Shown piece by piece: positions 10,430 through 20,450 of a DNA stretch of 64,000 nucleotides. A program made the position numbers and the translations under genes. Under the pieces are notes generated by a model. It was not told where the DNA came from. It did no database searches and saw nothing but the letters and a program-made list of their open reading frames with translations. The number at the start of each line of letters is the position of its first letter. The stretch's first letter is position 1. The DNA is from an uncultured delta proteobacterium (GTDB lineage: Bacteria; Myxococcota_A; Polyangia; Polyangiales; Houyiibacteriaceae). The DNA is taken from the NCBI GenBank assembly GCA_963699755.1, contig CAVOVB010000002.1, positions 1 to 64,000 of the forward strand, read 5' to 3'.

Positions 10430-10709
10430 ACCGACCTCCACGAGCTCCCGATTCACATCCGGGATTTGTGACATTGTCATAAGAATGTCCGGCACCGCGT
10501 TTTGTTGGTGTTCTTTGGACGTGTGTTGCTCGAACCCTGTCCGCGAAACCGTTCGAGAATCTTCGGAATCGGGTGTATCCCCGGCTGTTCGATTCCCACC
10601 GCCTCCACTACTTAAGACGAGTGATTGCTTGTGGTTAGCCACTTCGCCGATCGCCAGTGACCACGTAGTGGCCATCGTCGGCTCGTTTCGGCACCAGTTC
10701 GTCGAGTTT
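10430..10709 (+). repeat. att junction 2: type-A arm, tmRNA-like core (10587-10610) and downstream arm
   Basis: GTTCGATTCCCACCGCCTCCACTA; upstream matches 7338-7499; downstream matches 22438-22540. Confidence 0.85.
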
Positions 10710-10828
10710 GTGAACGTTTGGCCGGAGCCGTGGACGGCCTTGGGTACCTCGCCCGAGTCCACCCTTCGCTACTGCAACTTCAATGGCCGCGCCGCCGTCG
10801 AGAACGAAGTCGTCTCCGGGCCCAGGCG

Positions 10829-11668
10829 CTAGGCCGCCAGCGTGTCGAAATGTCCGAATGGGTCTTCCATCCAATCTCGGAGAATTCGATGCATCTTGGC
10901 AGCGTGCCCTCCGTCGAGAATGCGATGGTCGAATGTCGCGCCAACGTCCATCACTCTTCGCACGGCCAGTTGACCGTCCTCGACGACCGCTCGTTCTTCA
11001 ATCGACCCAAGCGCGAGCAACAGAGGCACACGGCTATACGGAACCAGCGGCACTAGTGCATACGGAAGCCCCAAGGAGCCGACGTTTGTGATCATGACCG
11101 AGCCGAAGAGGTCCTTCGGCATCCCGGCCCAGCTCATGTCGAGATTCAGCGTGTAGCTCAGAAAGCTCGTGAGTCGGAGCATGGGGCCCACGCCCCAGGA
11201 AGGGATGCGCGACATGAGGTCGCGCGAGGCCTTCAAGGCCTTGTCGGTGCCTCGGCGAACACCGCTCACTTTGGCCGAGAATTCGTCCACGATCTGCTCG
11301 AGCGTCTTTTCGTTTGGTTTCTGGATGGTTGCGCCGCTCAGGTCGATTTCGCCCGTCTTTGGGTTCTCCATCACGACCTGAAAGAAGACGCCAATGCTGT
11401 CGCGGAGATAGATTTGATTGAAGCGAAGCAGTGCGTTCGCATCCGGAACCTCTTCGAGCACGGCACCGACGGCCTTGGCGACCATGTGACTCACGGTGAG
11501 ATGTTTCCCGGTCTGTTTCCGGAAAGCATCGACGTACCGCAGAGCCTCGTCCATTTTGAGGCTCAAAACTCCATACACGGTTGGGTCGTACGGGGTATTC
11601 CAAGTCCCGAGAGCGCTCTTGCGAAACGCGGATAGCGTCTTCTTCTTGTGGAGCGGAAGATTCGGCAT
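10829..11668 (-). CDS. Stand-alone 2-oxoacid dehydrogenase E2-type acyltransferase catalytic domain
   Basis: GSVMITNVGSLG and TFDHRILDG; no lipoyl domain. Confidence 0.85.
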   Translation of the reverse strand: MPNLPLHKKKTLSAFRKSALGTWNTPYDPTVYGVLSLKMDEALRYVDAFRKQTGKHLTVSHMVAKAVGAVLEEVPDANALLRFNQIYLRDSIGVFFQVVMENPKTGEIDLSGATIQKPNEKTLEQIVDEFSAKVSGVRRGTDKALKASRDLMSRIPSWGVGPMLRLTSFLSYTLNLDMSWAGMPKDLFGSVMITNVGSLGLPYALVPLVPYSRVPLLLALGSIEERAVVEDGQLAVRRVMDVGATFDHRILDGGHAAKMHRILRDWMEDPFGHFDTLAA

Positions 11669-11720
11669 GGCGGAAGCATACGCCATCCCGCATACGAGGA
11701 GGAGGATCGTTCACGAATCC

Positions 11721-12136
11721 TGTGCCTCCTCAGAACCCCGCCGATGGCGCAATCGTTGGTGTTTCCGTACTCGGGGTCAAGCTAGCCTACCCCGATGCTT
11801 CACTTGCTGTACGTCCTGCTCGCGACCGCCAGATCGAGCCTGAAGCCGCGAGCGCGAGTCCGCCGATGGGGAGAAGGTCATCGCCCTCCCGATGGTCGGC
11901 GGACTGCATCATCTCTATGCACGACGCGCAGCCTGAGCGAAAGCCTCGGTCCCACACGACGTCGAGCGTGAGCATGAGCTGCGCGCACTGCGCGAGGCTA
12001 AGGCGCATTCCGCGCTCAATTCGCGCTTGTCGAGCCATCGGCAACGCACGTAAGGGTCCGAGCTCCGTCCGCTGGGTCACCTTCGCGATCATCGCGGCTC
12101 ATATCTCGCAGGCGGACAACGTTCTGAGGAACGACA
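11721..12136 (+). mobile_element. MITE-sized (416 bp) derivative of the TGT...ACA IS, copy 3
   Basis: TGTGCCTCCTCAGAAC ... GTTCTGAGGAACGACA; only the start and end of the transposase are kept. Confidence 0.8.
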
Positions 12137-12233
12137 GCACCGACAGCGAGTTTCTTGGGATCGAACCTCGCAAGGACGGGAAAAGTTTAGTCGGCGTGTT
12201 CACGGCTCGTCGCGGTGACTCCGTGACCTAAGC

Positions 12234-12890
12234 GTGCCAGGGACAATGATGGTCGCGCGAGGGAAAAAGCCGACGGCTCGTGGTTGGTCGCACGCCATCG
12301 CGGCGGTGATTGCGCTCGTCTTCAGCATCGCGATGGCAATGAAGACGTCGGCGAATGTTGAGCACATGCTCAGCGTCGTCGTTTTTGGCGCCAGCATGGT
12401 TCTGCTTTTTTCGATGAGCGCAGTTTACCATTTAGGCCGTTACTCAGACGGGGTGCGCCTAACGCTTCGCGCCATCGACCACTCAAACATTTATCTTCTC
12501 ATCGCGGGGACGTACACGCCGATCATCGTGATCGGTCTTGAAGGATGGCACAAGACCGTAGGTCTTTGGTCAATCTGGATCCTCGCGGTCGCGGGCGTTG
12601 TCTTCTCGGTCTTCGTGCGAGAGTCACCGCGTTGGGTTCGATTCGGCCTTTACATCGCGATGGGTTGGTTCTCGCTCTTCATCATTCCAGCCCTGTACAA
12701 AACGAGCGGCTCAGAACCGGTCGCCCTCATGGTCTGCGGCGGCGTACTCTACTCCGTAGGCGCGATCGTCTACGCAACCAAAAAACCCGATCCCTGGCCC
12801 GACACATTCGGCTTCCACGAAATCTTCCACGCGTTTGTCATCGCAGGTTGCGCGTGTTTTGCAGTGACGATTTGGATCTGGCTCTCTTAG
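12234..12890 (+). CDS. Hemolysin III / PAQR family membrane protein
   Basis: SAVYH, DHSNIYLLIAGTYTP, YIAMGW, FGFHEIFHAFV. Confidence 0.9.
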   Translation: MPGTMMVARGKKPTARGWSHAIAAVIALVFSIAMAMKTSANVEHMLSVVVFGASMVLLFSMSAVYHLGRYSDGVRLTLRAIDHSNIYLLIAGTYTPIIVIGLEGWHKTVGLWSIWILAVAGVVFSVFVRESPRWVRFGLYIAMGWFSLFIIPALYKTSGSEPVALMVCGGVLYSVGAIVYATKKPDPWPDTFGFHEIFHAFVIAGCACFAVTIWIWLS

Positions 12891-12926
12891 CCCATTGGTA
12901 CCATTTCCGAAGCGCAAGTGCGCGGT

Positions 12927-12943
12927 TGTGCCTCCTCAGAACC
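12927..12943 (+). mobile_element. Orphan left end of the TGT...ACA IS family
   Basis: TGTGCCTCCTCAGAACC identical to the end at 11721. Confidence 0.6.
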
Positions 12944-13226
12944 CCATCTCATCTCTCTCGGACTCGAAACAGGGTCTTTGGATCGACCAACCCCTACCCC
13001 GTTGAAGTCAAACCACGCGCAGCACGCCCCAGGCGCGACGAACGTCCGCCAGCCACTCATCCGGGCGCTGCAAGCTTGGGACACGTGTCCCGACTTGATC
13101 CGCCAACTTGGATTCACTGGGGTTTAGCGGGGTGTCAGCATCGAGACCCTTCCGCTGACCTGCCCTGGGAATTTCGGACCACGCGAAACGTGACGGACTG
13201 CCTCTTCGGGACCGTCCGGAGAGTGC

Positions 13227-13490
13227 ATGAGGAAGAGTCGATTTAGTGAAGAGCAGAAGGTGAAGATGGTGCGGGAGACCGACCAGAGCTCGGTCGCGGA
13301 AGTCGCCAAGAAGCACGGCGTGAGCGTTGAGACGCTGTACCGGTGGCGCCGGGCGTACGGCGGCATGGAGCTCCCCGAGGTCAAGCGCCTGAGGCAGCTT
13401 GAGCAGGAAAACACCCGGCTCAAGAAGCTGTTGGCGGAGCGCGACCTCGAGGTCGAGGTGATGAAGGAGATTGCCGCGAAAAAATGGTGA
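13227..13490 (+). CDS. IS3 transposase OrfA
   Basis: [10 protein letters not shown]...TLYRWRR...[14 protein letters not shown]. Confidence 0.9.
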   Translation: MRKSRFSEEQKVKMVRETDQSSVAEVAKKHGVSVETLYRWRRAYGGMELPEVKRLRQLEQENTRLKKLLAERDLEVEVMKEIAAKKW

Positions 13491-14311
13491 GCGTGTCGAC
13501 ACGCCGTCAACAGGTGGCGTACGCCCGAGCGCGGGGCGTTTCATGTCGGCGCGCATGCGTGCTTCTGAGCGTGGCTTGCTCATCGTTGCACTACGAGTCG
13601 AAGATGGCGGTCAAAGACGCGCCCGTGGTCGCACGCATGCACGTGCACTCGGCACGTTATGCGCGCTGGGGCTACCGGCGTGTCCGCATCCTGCTCGGCC
13701 GGGATGGCATCCGGATGAGCCCGGGACGAGCGCATCGACTGTGGAAGAAGGCGGGGCTTCAGGTCCCGAAGAAACGGCGCCGACGGCGTCTAGGGGCGAG
13801 CCACCCGAGACCTCATCCCCCGACCGGCCCGAATCAGGTCTGGGCCTACGACTTCGTCTTCGATGCGTGCGCCAATGGGCAGAAGCTCAAGTGCCTCACG
13901 GTGGTCGACGAGTGGACCCACGAAGCGCTTGCCATCGATGTCGCCGGGAGCATTCGCTCCGGTCGCGTCATCGAGGTGCTTGAAACGCTCATCGGTGAAC
14001 GAGGCGCGCCGGGCACCCTGCGCTCGGACAACGGCCCGGAGTTCGTCTCGCTGGCCGTGCTCGGCTGGCTCACGCGTGTCGGCATTCAGACCGCCTTCAT
14101 CGCACCGGGCAAACCCTGGCAGAACGGCACCAACGAGAGCTTCAACGGGAAGTTTCGCGACGAGTGCCTCAACATGGAGTGGTTTCGCAATCGCGCCGAA
14201 GCCCGCGTGCACATCGAGCAGTGGCGACGCGAGTACAACGAGGTCCGACCGCACTCGAGCATCGCCTACTTGACCCGGCGGCCGTCGTCCGCCAGAATCA
14301 GCAACCCCTAA
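13484..14311 (+). CDS. IS3 transposase OrfB (DDE)
   Basis: [44 protein letters not shown]; last residues look frameshifted. Confidence 0.9.
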   Translation: MVSVSTRRQQVAYARARGVSCRRACVLLSVACSSLHYESKMAVKDAPVVARMHVHSARYARWGYRRVRILLGRDGIRMSPGRAHRLWKKAGLQVPKKRRRRRLGASHPRPHPPTGPNQVWAYDFVFDACANGQKLKCLTVVDEWTHEALAIDVAGSIRSGRVIEVLETLIGERGAPGTLRSDNGPEFVSLAVLGWLTRVGIQTAFIAPGKPWQNGTNESFNGKFRDECLNMEWFRNRAEARVHIEQWRREYNEVRPHSSIAYLTRRPSSARISNP

Positions 14312-14653
14312 ACCAGGTCACCACGGGGGCAGCTCTGCACTAATCCATGGTCCGAAGAAACGGGGCAGGTCGGTGCCTCGCGACTGGTCGAGCCTACGGC
14401 GAAGCTCTTCCAGCGCGGGAAGAGCCCTACGGATTCGATACTCGTCAATCAGAGCTAGCGCATCAAATCGCCTGCTCTCGTTGTCAGAAAGGACCCATCC
14501 GCCCAGAACGGCATCGAAAGTCTGCTGTTCCGCACCACGAACGACGTTCGAGACCTGGGCCGCGTTCGGAATCTCGTATCCCGCCGCGCGCAGGCCCGCG
14601 ACGTCGGCGAAATCGGCCGTCGCGCCAGAACGCAACGGTAAACGCAACGCTTC

Positions 14654-14836
14654 CTAGGTCCGCTTGGCTTGACTACGGCGATCGTGGGGCTTGATCTTCC
14701 GTGCGCGTTTAGCGGCTTTGGCAAATCGCTTGGCCTCTTCGAGCCACGCCAAACGCTGGGCGGGCGTGAGTTGAAGCCAGGCCATTCGTTGCTCCTCCTC
14801 GTGGAGCTTCCAGCCGCGCCTATCCGCCGTCGTCAT
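14654..14836 (-). CDS. Small helical protein, putative antitoxin
   Basis: WLQLTPAQRLAWLEEA; overlaps the stop of the upstream NTase; start uncertain. Confidence 0.65.
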   Translation of the reverse strand: MTTADRRGWKLHEEEQRMAWLQLTPAQRLAWLEEAKRFAKAAKRARKIKPHDRRSQAKRT

Positions 14837-15344
14837 CTTGTTCCAGCATAGCATGCGCGATTTGATCAAGCTTCTCTATGTCGTCGAGGTCTTTGGGCCG
14901 GCCGGTGGTTTGCTTGAGAGACCGCAGGTCGTCCATTCCCACGACGTGCACCGTCGTGCCGTCATCCAGGACCGCGTCGAGCCGGCGAGACCAGGCCTCT
15001 TCGAAGTCGAACGGCTCTTCGACGAAGAGGTCGACCTCGGTGCCAAGGTAGCTCGGGCTCCACAGTGAGAACACGGTCAGCCCTTTCTCTTCGCGCCACT
15101 TCCTACGTACTTCGTCCTTCGCGAAGTCCTCTGCAGGAACCGGAGCACGGGGCCGATAGTCGAGCCTTTGCAGGGCCGCGATGGCGCCAAGTGCATTCGT
15201 CGGCGTCAGATCAAGAACAAGATCGAGGTCTGCCGTGAACCGGAGGTGACCGTGAAGGACGACCGCGACGCCGCCAACCGCGAGGTAGCGAACGTCCGCC
15301 TCATCGAGGACTCGAAAGATCTCAGAGAATGGACCCGTCGACAC
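14820..15344 (-). CDS. Nucleotidyltransferase, MenT/AbiEii-like putative toxin
   Basis: YLAVGGVAVVLHGHLRFTADLD, EVDLF, LKQTTGRPKDLDD. Confidence 0.85.
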   Translation of the reverse strand: MSTGPFSEIFRVLDEADVRYLAVGGVAVVLHGHLRFTADLDLVLDLTPTNALGAIAALQRLDYRPRAPVPAEDFAKDEVRRKWREEKGLTVFSLWSPSYLGTEVDLFVEEPFDFEEAWSRRLDAVLDDGTTVHVVGMDDLRSLKQTTGRPKDLDDIEKLDQIAHAMLEQDDDGG

Positions 15345-15398
15345 GGACGGAACGTATCACGCGACAGACCGATCACGCGCAGTAGCGGGGCGAACCGG

Positions 15399-15570
15399 GG
15401 GACCACATGGTGATTGGAGCGCAGGGCAAGCTGGGGGATTAGAGGATACTGCGGCGCGCGTGGGTAAGAGATCGCGATGCGCGCCCTCAACGGCGATATG
15501 TGGGAAAACCGAGTATCCGCGCAGGGTTAGCGTATCGATGACAGCAGGGTTCGATTCCAACCGCCTCGAC
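15399..15570 (+). repeat. att junction 3: type-B arm plus degenerate tmRNA-like core (15547-15570)
   Basis: AAAACCGAGTATCCGCGCAGGGTTAGCGTATCGATGACAGCAGGGTTCGATTCCAACCGCCTCGAC; aligns with 25547-25720. Confidence 0.85.
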
Positions 15571-16055
15571 TGGTGGGCCTCGAGCTGCTCGCTTCCCACC
15601 CGCAAGGTGGCCCGAACGTGCGCCTCGGTATGGCCCGCCGGGACCCCGTGATCCAAGATTCGAGCTTCCCCGCGCACCGACTCGGGAATGAGGAAGAAGT
15701 CTCCGGGCGCTGCGCCCGTGCCCGCGGTGGGAGGCGACCCTGGCAGGAGCGCGGTGACGACCGGCACGAAAGTCAGTGCCAAGGTCGCGAGACCGAGCAC
15801 CACCGCCGCGCCGACTTCCCAAGTGTGGGGAGCCGATTCGGACAACGACTTCGCCGCGTAGAAGCAGCATGCTCCGAGGAATACGACTGCGACAAGCAAA
15901 GCAGCGACCCGCTCGGACATCAGGCCCAGCGCGTACGACCCCATGAGAAGGCCGAGGACGACGATCCCGCTCATCGGGAGGAAGGGGCCACGAAGGTACT
16001 CTGCGTACCACAGCGGCACACGGGAAGGTTTCGGAGGTCGACTTGGGTTCGCCAT
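15571..16055 (-). pseudogene. Membrane protein truncated where it runs into att junction 3
   Basis: Three TM segments, then the frame reads straight into the repeat. Confidence 0.5.
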
Positions 16056-16129
16056 CGGAGCCCAGACTAGCGCAGCCGTCGGACCCGGGCGAGCTTGCTT
16101 CGCCGCGGCTGTTGTCGTCCGGTACGACA

Positions 16130-16625
16130 TTGGCCGATTTCGCGGACCGCTCCCTCAGAACCGGTTACGCGGGGGCAGCTTGCTTCTCTACGTGCTGCTC
16201 ATGGGATCGCTGCTCATCCGGTATCGCAGTCTCGGGACGGTGTCGGTGAGCGCGATCAGCTCTCCAAGAGCCGAGACCTTCTATTGGGTGACGATCATGT
16301 TCTCTCAGACCCTCGGAACGGCGCTTGGCGATTGGACCGCGGAACGGCCGGCCTCGGTTATGCTGGCGCCGCGCTCGTCTTCGGGGCGCTGCTCGCGATC
16401 GTGGCCGCCGCGTACGCATGGACGACAATCTCACACACGGCGCTTTTTTGGGCAGCGTTCATCCCGACTCGCCCGCTCGGTGCGGTGGTCGGTGATTTCC
16501 TAGACAAACCTGCCGCGGATGGTGGGCTCGCGCTCAGTCGCTGCGCCGCATCAGGCGCTCTATTCGTATTCATCTTGGCCAGTATCCTGATATTCCAACA
16601 GCGCCCTGCCGCAAAGGCTCACTGA
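16130..16625 (+). pseudogene. COG4705-type membrane protein, 5'-truncated and frameshifted
   Basis: YWVTIMFSQTLGTALGDWTA and FWAAFIPTRPLGAVVGDFLDKP lie in different frames. Confidence 0.75.
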
Positions 16626-16784
16626 ATTGACTCGGGTCCGCCAAGTGTCGTTGGCCCTCGGAGTCGGCACCCAAGGCGCCGAGCATGATCTCCGTCGCGA
16701 ACCACCTCGGCTAGCTCGGCGAGCCTAGCATCGAAGCGACTAGGCGCGGACGCTGGAGCTGAGCCTACTCCTTCGTTCCTCACC

Positions 16785-17570
16785 TCAGCGACTGCCGCCG
16801 TGCAACTGTCGCTGTAAATCGCTTAGCGCCTGTTGACTCACCCGCAGAAAGCCCTCCCCCGGACGATCGAGATCGGTGATCAGCAAGATGACCGCCGCGA
16901 AAACCAGAATTAGTGCGAGCTGCGCGACGAAGTTTTGGCTCTCGCTCAATCCATGATTGAAGCCGACCATGAACAGCGTGATCAACGCCACGAAGAAGAT
17001 CGCGCTCCAGATGTTCACCGGAATGCGATTGAAGACAGCTACGATGCGCGATTCATGGAGATCGATCACGTCATTCAAGGCTTCGATGAACAGCGCGACC
17101 ATCACGGAATCGGGATGGGCGCGAGCCAATGCCTCGACTCGGCTCCACATCTCGGTGTGAATGGCTTCCGAGCGCGCACGAGCCTTAGGGATGTGGGTTG
17201 GATTGGCGGCCGCACCGAGCCGAATGTCGACGTATTCCCGAAGCCAGTTGCGGATGTCGGTCCGATCGGGTTCGTCCAGAATGCCCGCCCGTAGGTAGAG
17301 CGTGCCAACGGCGTTCCCTTCGGCCAGAACTAATTCCCGTCGGTTATCGAATCGATTCGAGGCGATGCCAATGATGAACACGAGCAGAAAGGCGAAGAGG
17401 CCGAGCGTCGCCCCCACCAGCGCCCCGATACTCTCGGACTTCTGGTATCCGCTTCGCTTCTGCCAGTATCGACCTAGGTAGAAGCCGGCCTCGACCGCCG
17501 CGAGCCCAACTCCGACGGTCAGCAGGTACACGGCCCAGATCGGCAACACATCCAAGGGGTGGGTAGGCAT
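16785..17570 (-). CDS. DUF4239-like membrane protein
   Basis: RFDNRRELVLAEGNAVGTLYLRA, ALNDVID, DLDRPGEG; 4 TM segments. Confidence 0.7.
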   Translation of the reverse strand: MPTHPLDVLPIWAVYLLTVGVGLAAVEAGFYLGRYWQKRSGYQKSESIGALVGATLGLFAFLLVFIIGIASNRFDNRRELVLAEGNAVGTLYLRAGILDEPDRTDIRNWLREYVDIRLGAAANPTHIPKARARSEAIHTEMWSRVEALARAHPDSVMVALFIEALNDVIDLHESRIVAVFNRIPVNIWSAIFFVALITLFMVGFNHGLSESQNFVAQLALILVFAAVILLITDLDRPGEGFLRVSQQALSDLQRQLHGGSR

Positions 17571-17951
17571 ATGACAATCGCTCCTGATGACGGGCGAGCC
17601 AGGCTCGCTCACTTTACGAGGCCGCGCGCTGACCACCTCGCCAGAAACGCCTAATGGCTCCGCGAGCTCGACCCTGCAAGGGATTTCATTCGGGTCGACC
17701 CAAGCGCGCAGGTGCGGCACTTCAGGAGCTGCTCACTCTGTTGTTCGTTCTTTTCGAAGTCTATGAGGGCCCAATCGCGGGGGACGCCCATCTCCTCAAA
17801 AAAATCGGCAGCTTCCAGCCATTCTGTGTCGCGTAAATCAGACAACAGAACTCGCAGCGGTCAGTCTTGCTCGACGCAGCTTCGAGGCCCACGCGACGGG
17901 CCAAGGTAGAAGCCATGGTCATTTCACTAGTTGTTTTTCGAAACCTATTAA

Positions 17952-19167
17952 TGCGGTGCCCCCAATCCTCGGTCCGGATCGAATGAAAAATTCGCCGTGC
18001 TCAGCCTTGGTTGATTCTCCTCTGAGCGCTCCCAGATTCAGGAGCCAAGCCGCCCCACGCGCTGTGTGGGCGCGGTTGATTGTAGTCGTCCTGCCATAGA
18101 CTAAGCGTTTGCTGGACATCGTCCAGCGACACGAACCAGTGTTGCGACAAGCACTCTCGCTGCAAGGTCCCGTTGAAGGCCTCGATGAGCGTTGTCGGTG
18201 GGTTTGCCCGGCCGACTGAAGTCCATTTCGACCCCGCAGTCGTACGCCCAGCGGTCCATGGCCTTTGAAGTGAGCTCGGTTCCATTGTCGACGCGGATGC
18301 GTTTTTGGTCGAGTGCCCCGCTCATGGATGGCGCGGCGCAGCCGTTGGGCGACTGGCTTGCCCCGAAAACTCCGTGCCGCCTCGAGCAGCAGACACTCCC
18401 GCGTGTATTCGTCCACGGCTGTCAGCACGCGGAAAGCTCGCCCATCGAAGAGCGCGTCATGAACGAAATCGAGCGCCCAGACCTCATTTGGGCCCGTGGC
18501 GGGTCGGCGCGGCTTGCGACGAACCGCGCTGCGGTGGCGACGCTTGCGCTGACGCCGCAAACTCAGGCCTTCGTCGTGATAGAGGCGGTAGACGAGCTTG
18601 TGGTTCACGTCCCAGCCTTCGCGCCGTAGCACCACTGCAGCTGCCGATACCCGGCTCGCACCCGAACCGCGGCGAGCTCTTTCATTCGCTTGCGTAGGGC
18701 TTGATGTTTGGGCCGGACGCGCTCGTAGCGGACCGCCGACCGCGCCGCTCGCTCAGCGAGTAAGCCTCTCGGACCCAGCCAACGAGCTTACGAGCGCGAC
18801 CCGGCCCTACCATTTTCTTTTGACGGGCTCGTGCAGGATGTCCTTGTCGAGCGCCAAGTCCGCAACGACTTGCTTCAATCGCCGATTCTCGTCGCGCAGT
18901 TGCTTCAGCTCCCGCAGCTCGCTCACCCCGAGGCCTGCGTGCTTGCACTTCCAGCGATACAACGTCGCCTGACTCACCCCGAGCTTGCGACATGTCTCGC
19001 CAGCGGGCGTCCCATCCTCGAGCCGTCGCGGCGCTCGGATGATTTGCTCGTCACTGAACTTACTCTTTCGCATCGGTCCCTCCTTCGGCCTTGGGCCGAG
19101 TCTATCGAGGGCCGAGCCCGGCCTCATTACGAGAATCGAAACGGACCGGTTTTCGGGGGACAGACCA
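17952..19167 (-). mobile_element. IS3-family element with frameshifted OrfB (inactive)
   Basis: OrfA MRKSKFSDEQI...; OrfB pieces WALDFVHD, RVDNGTE, IEAFNG...YNQPRPHS in three frames; ends TGGTCTGTCCCCCG.. / TGCGGTGCCCCC.. Confidence 0.85.
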
Positions 19168-19174
19168 GGGGGCT

Positions 19175-20428
19175 CTAGACGAAAACCTCGATCCGATTGT
19201 CGGACAGTCGATGCTCGACCTGATGCAGTTTCATGAGAGGCTTGGGCTTGCCTTTTGGTTTGGTCCCGACGAACTCGCCGTGGGTGTTGAAGTAGAAATG
19301 GTGAAATGGGCAGGCCAGGCAGTCGTCTTCGAGCTTGCCCCCGTGGCCGAGGTGGGCGCCCTGATGCGGACAGTGAGCCTCGAAGATGCGGAGCTCTCCG
19401 TTTGAAGCGCGGTACACGACCACTTCCTCACCGGCGACCGTGTACGTGTGCACTTTGCCAGCCTTGATCTCCTCGTCGCGGCCGAGGAGGATCCACCGCT
19501 TCTGTTCTTCCGCTTTGATGGGCTGCGGAGGTTGCTCGAAATCCTTCAAGTAGTACTGGCTCATCCACTCGCGGATCCGCACGATGTCCGCTTCGCCCGG
19601 CAGAAGCTTCGGGTCCTTGAGCGAGCGTTTATGACGCCAGATGCGGTAGTCCCCTTCGGTGTCATCCGCACCCGCCTTGACGATGGCGCGCGACAGTAGA
19701 TCGTGGAGGGAGATGAACGGGTTCAAACGAAACAGAGTGCGCAGCCACGATGGAAGTGTCGATTCGTCGATGCTCGCGGCGAGGTGCAGCTTGAGGTCGT
19801 CGTCTCCAATAGGCGTGAACGCGAGCACGAGCTGCGCTTGGAGCCCCCCATTGGTGCAGATCTGCCCGGCGCCGAATCCGGGGCCGTGGAACGCCAAGTC
19901 TTGGCGATAGTCGGACACGGGCAGAAGGCGGGAGAGCGTTCTCTTCAAGCCGCTTTCCGAACTGCCAGCATAAGACACCACGCCCCTCATGTTTAGGCGG
20001 AATACGCGGTCGGTATACGTGTGGTCGGAGATGCTCACCGAGTGCCATCGGTGCACTGTCTTGAAGTGGATCTCGTCTCCGTTGTTTTCGATTAGATCCA
20101 AGAGATTGGTGTCCTTAAACACGCGCGGGTTGCCGATGCAAAAGTCGCGGCCGAATGAGCGATCGAACAGAACGGGGAAAGGCCAGGCGGGCTCGTTCAG
20201 GTCGTCACCGAACCAAACGCAGACGAACCCGTACTGCAACGTGACCTGCATAGCGTGGACGCCTTCGTAGCGAACCACGTAACCCGGCTCCTCGGGCGAA
20301 GCTTCGACGGTCACGAACGAATCGAGAAATGGAACCCTTGGCGACTTCAAGGCTGGAAGATCGCGCACGGGGATCACGTTGAACCAGCTGTTGTGTTTCT
20401 GCGGACGAATATACTTGGGACTGCTCAT
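19175..20428 (-). CDS. Rieske oxygenase/desaturase (KshA/Neverland-like) with C-terminal Rieske domain
   Basis: ENNGDEIHFKTVH mononuclear-iron motif; CPHQGAHL...CPFH at the C-terminus. Confidence 0.75.
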   Translation of the reverse strand: MSSPKYIRPQKHNSWFNVIPVRDLPALKSPRVPFLDSFVTVEASPEEPGYVVRYEGVHAMQVTLQYGFVCVWFGDDLNEPAWPFPVLFDRSFGRDFCIGNPRVFKDTNLLDLIENNGDEIHFKTVHRWHSVSISDHTYTDRVFRLNMRGVVSYAGSSESGLKRTLSRLLPVSDYRQDLAFHGPGFGAGQICTNGGLQAQLVLAFTPIGDDDLKLHLAASIDESTLPSWLRTLFRLNPFISLHDLLSRAIVKAGADDTEGDYRIWRHKRSLKDPKLLPGEADIVRIREWMSQYYLKDFEQPPQPIKAEEQKRWILLGRDEEIKAGKVHTYTVAGEEVVVYRASNGELRIFEAHCPHQGAHLGHGGKLEDDCLACPFHHFYFNTHGEFVGTKPKGKPKPLMKLHQVEHRLSDNRIEVFV

Positions 20429-20450
20429 GATGCTCTCTGGGTGGCTCAGG

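Larger units (their letters stand above)
13156..14372 (+). mobile_element. IS3-family element (IS407-like), ~1.2 kb
   Basis: IRL TGACCTGCCCTGGGAATTTCGGACCA; IRR TGGTCCGAAGAAACGGGGCAGGTCG; orfA/orfB overlap at AAAAAATGGTGA. Confidence 0.9.

Noticed and set aside
14373..14647. ORF running into the IS3 right end
   Set aside because: May be an IS-truncated gene, but no motif could be assigned.
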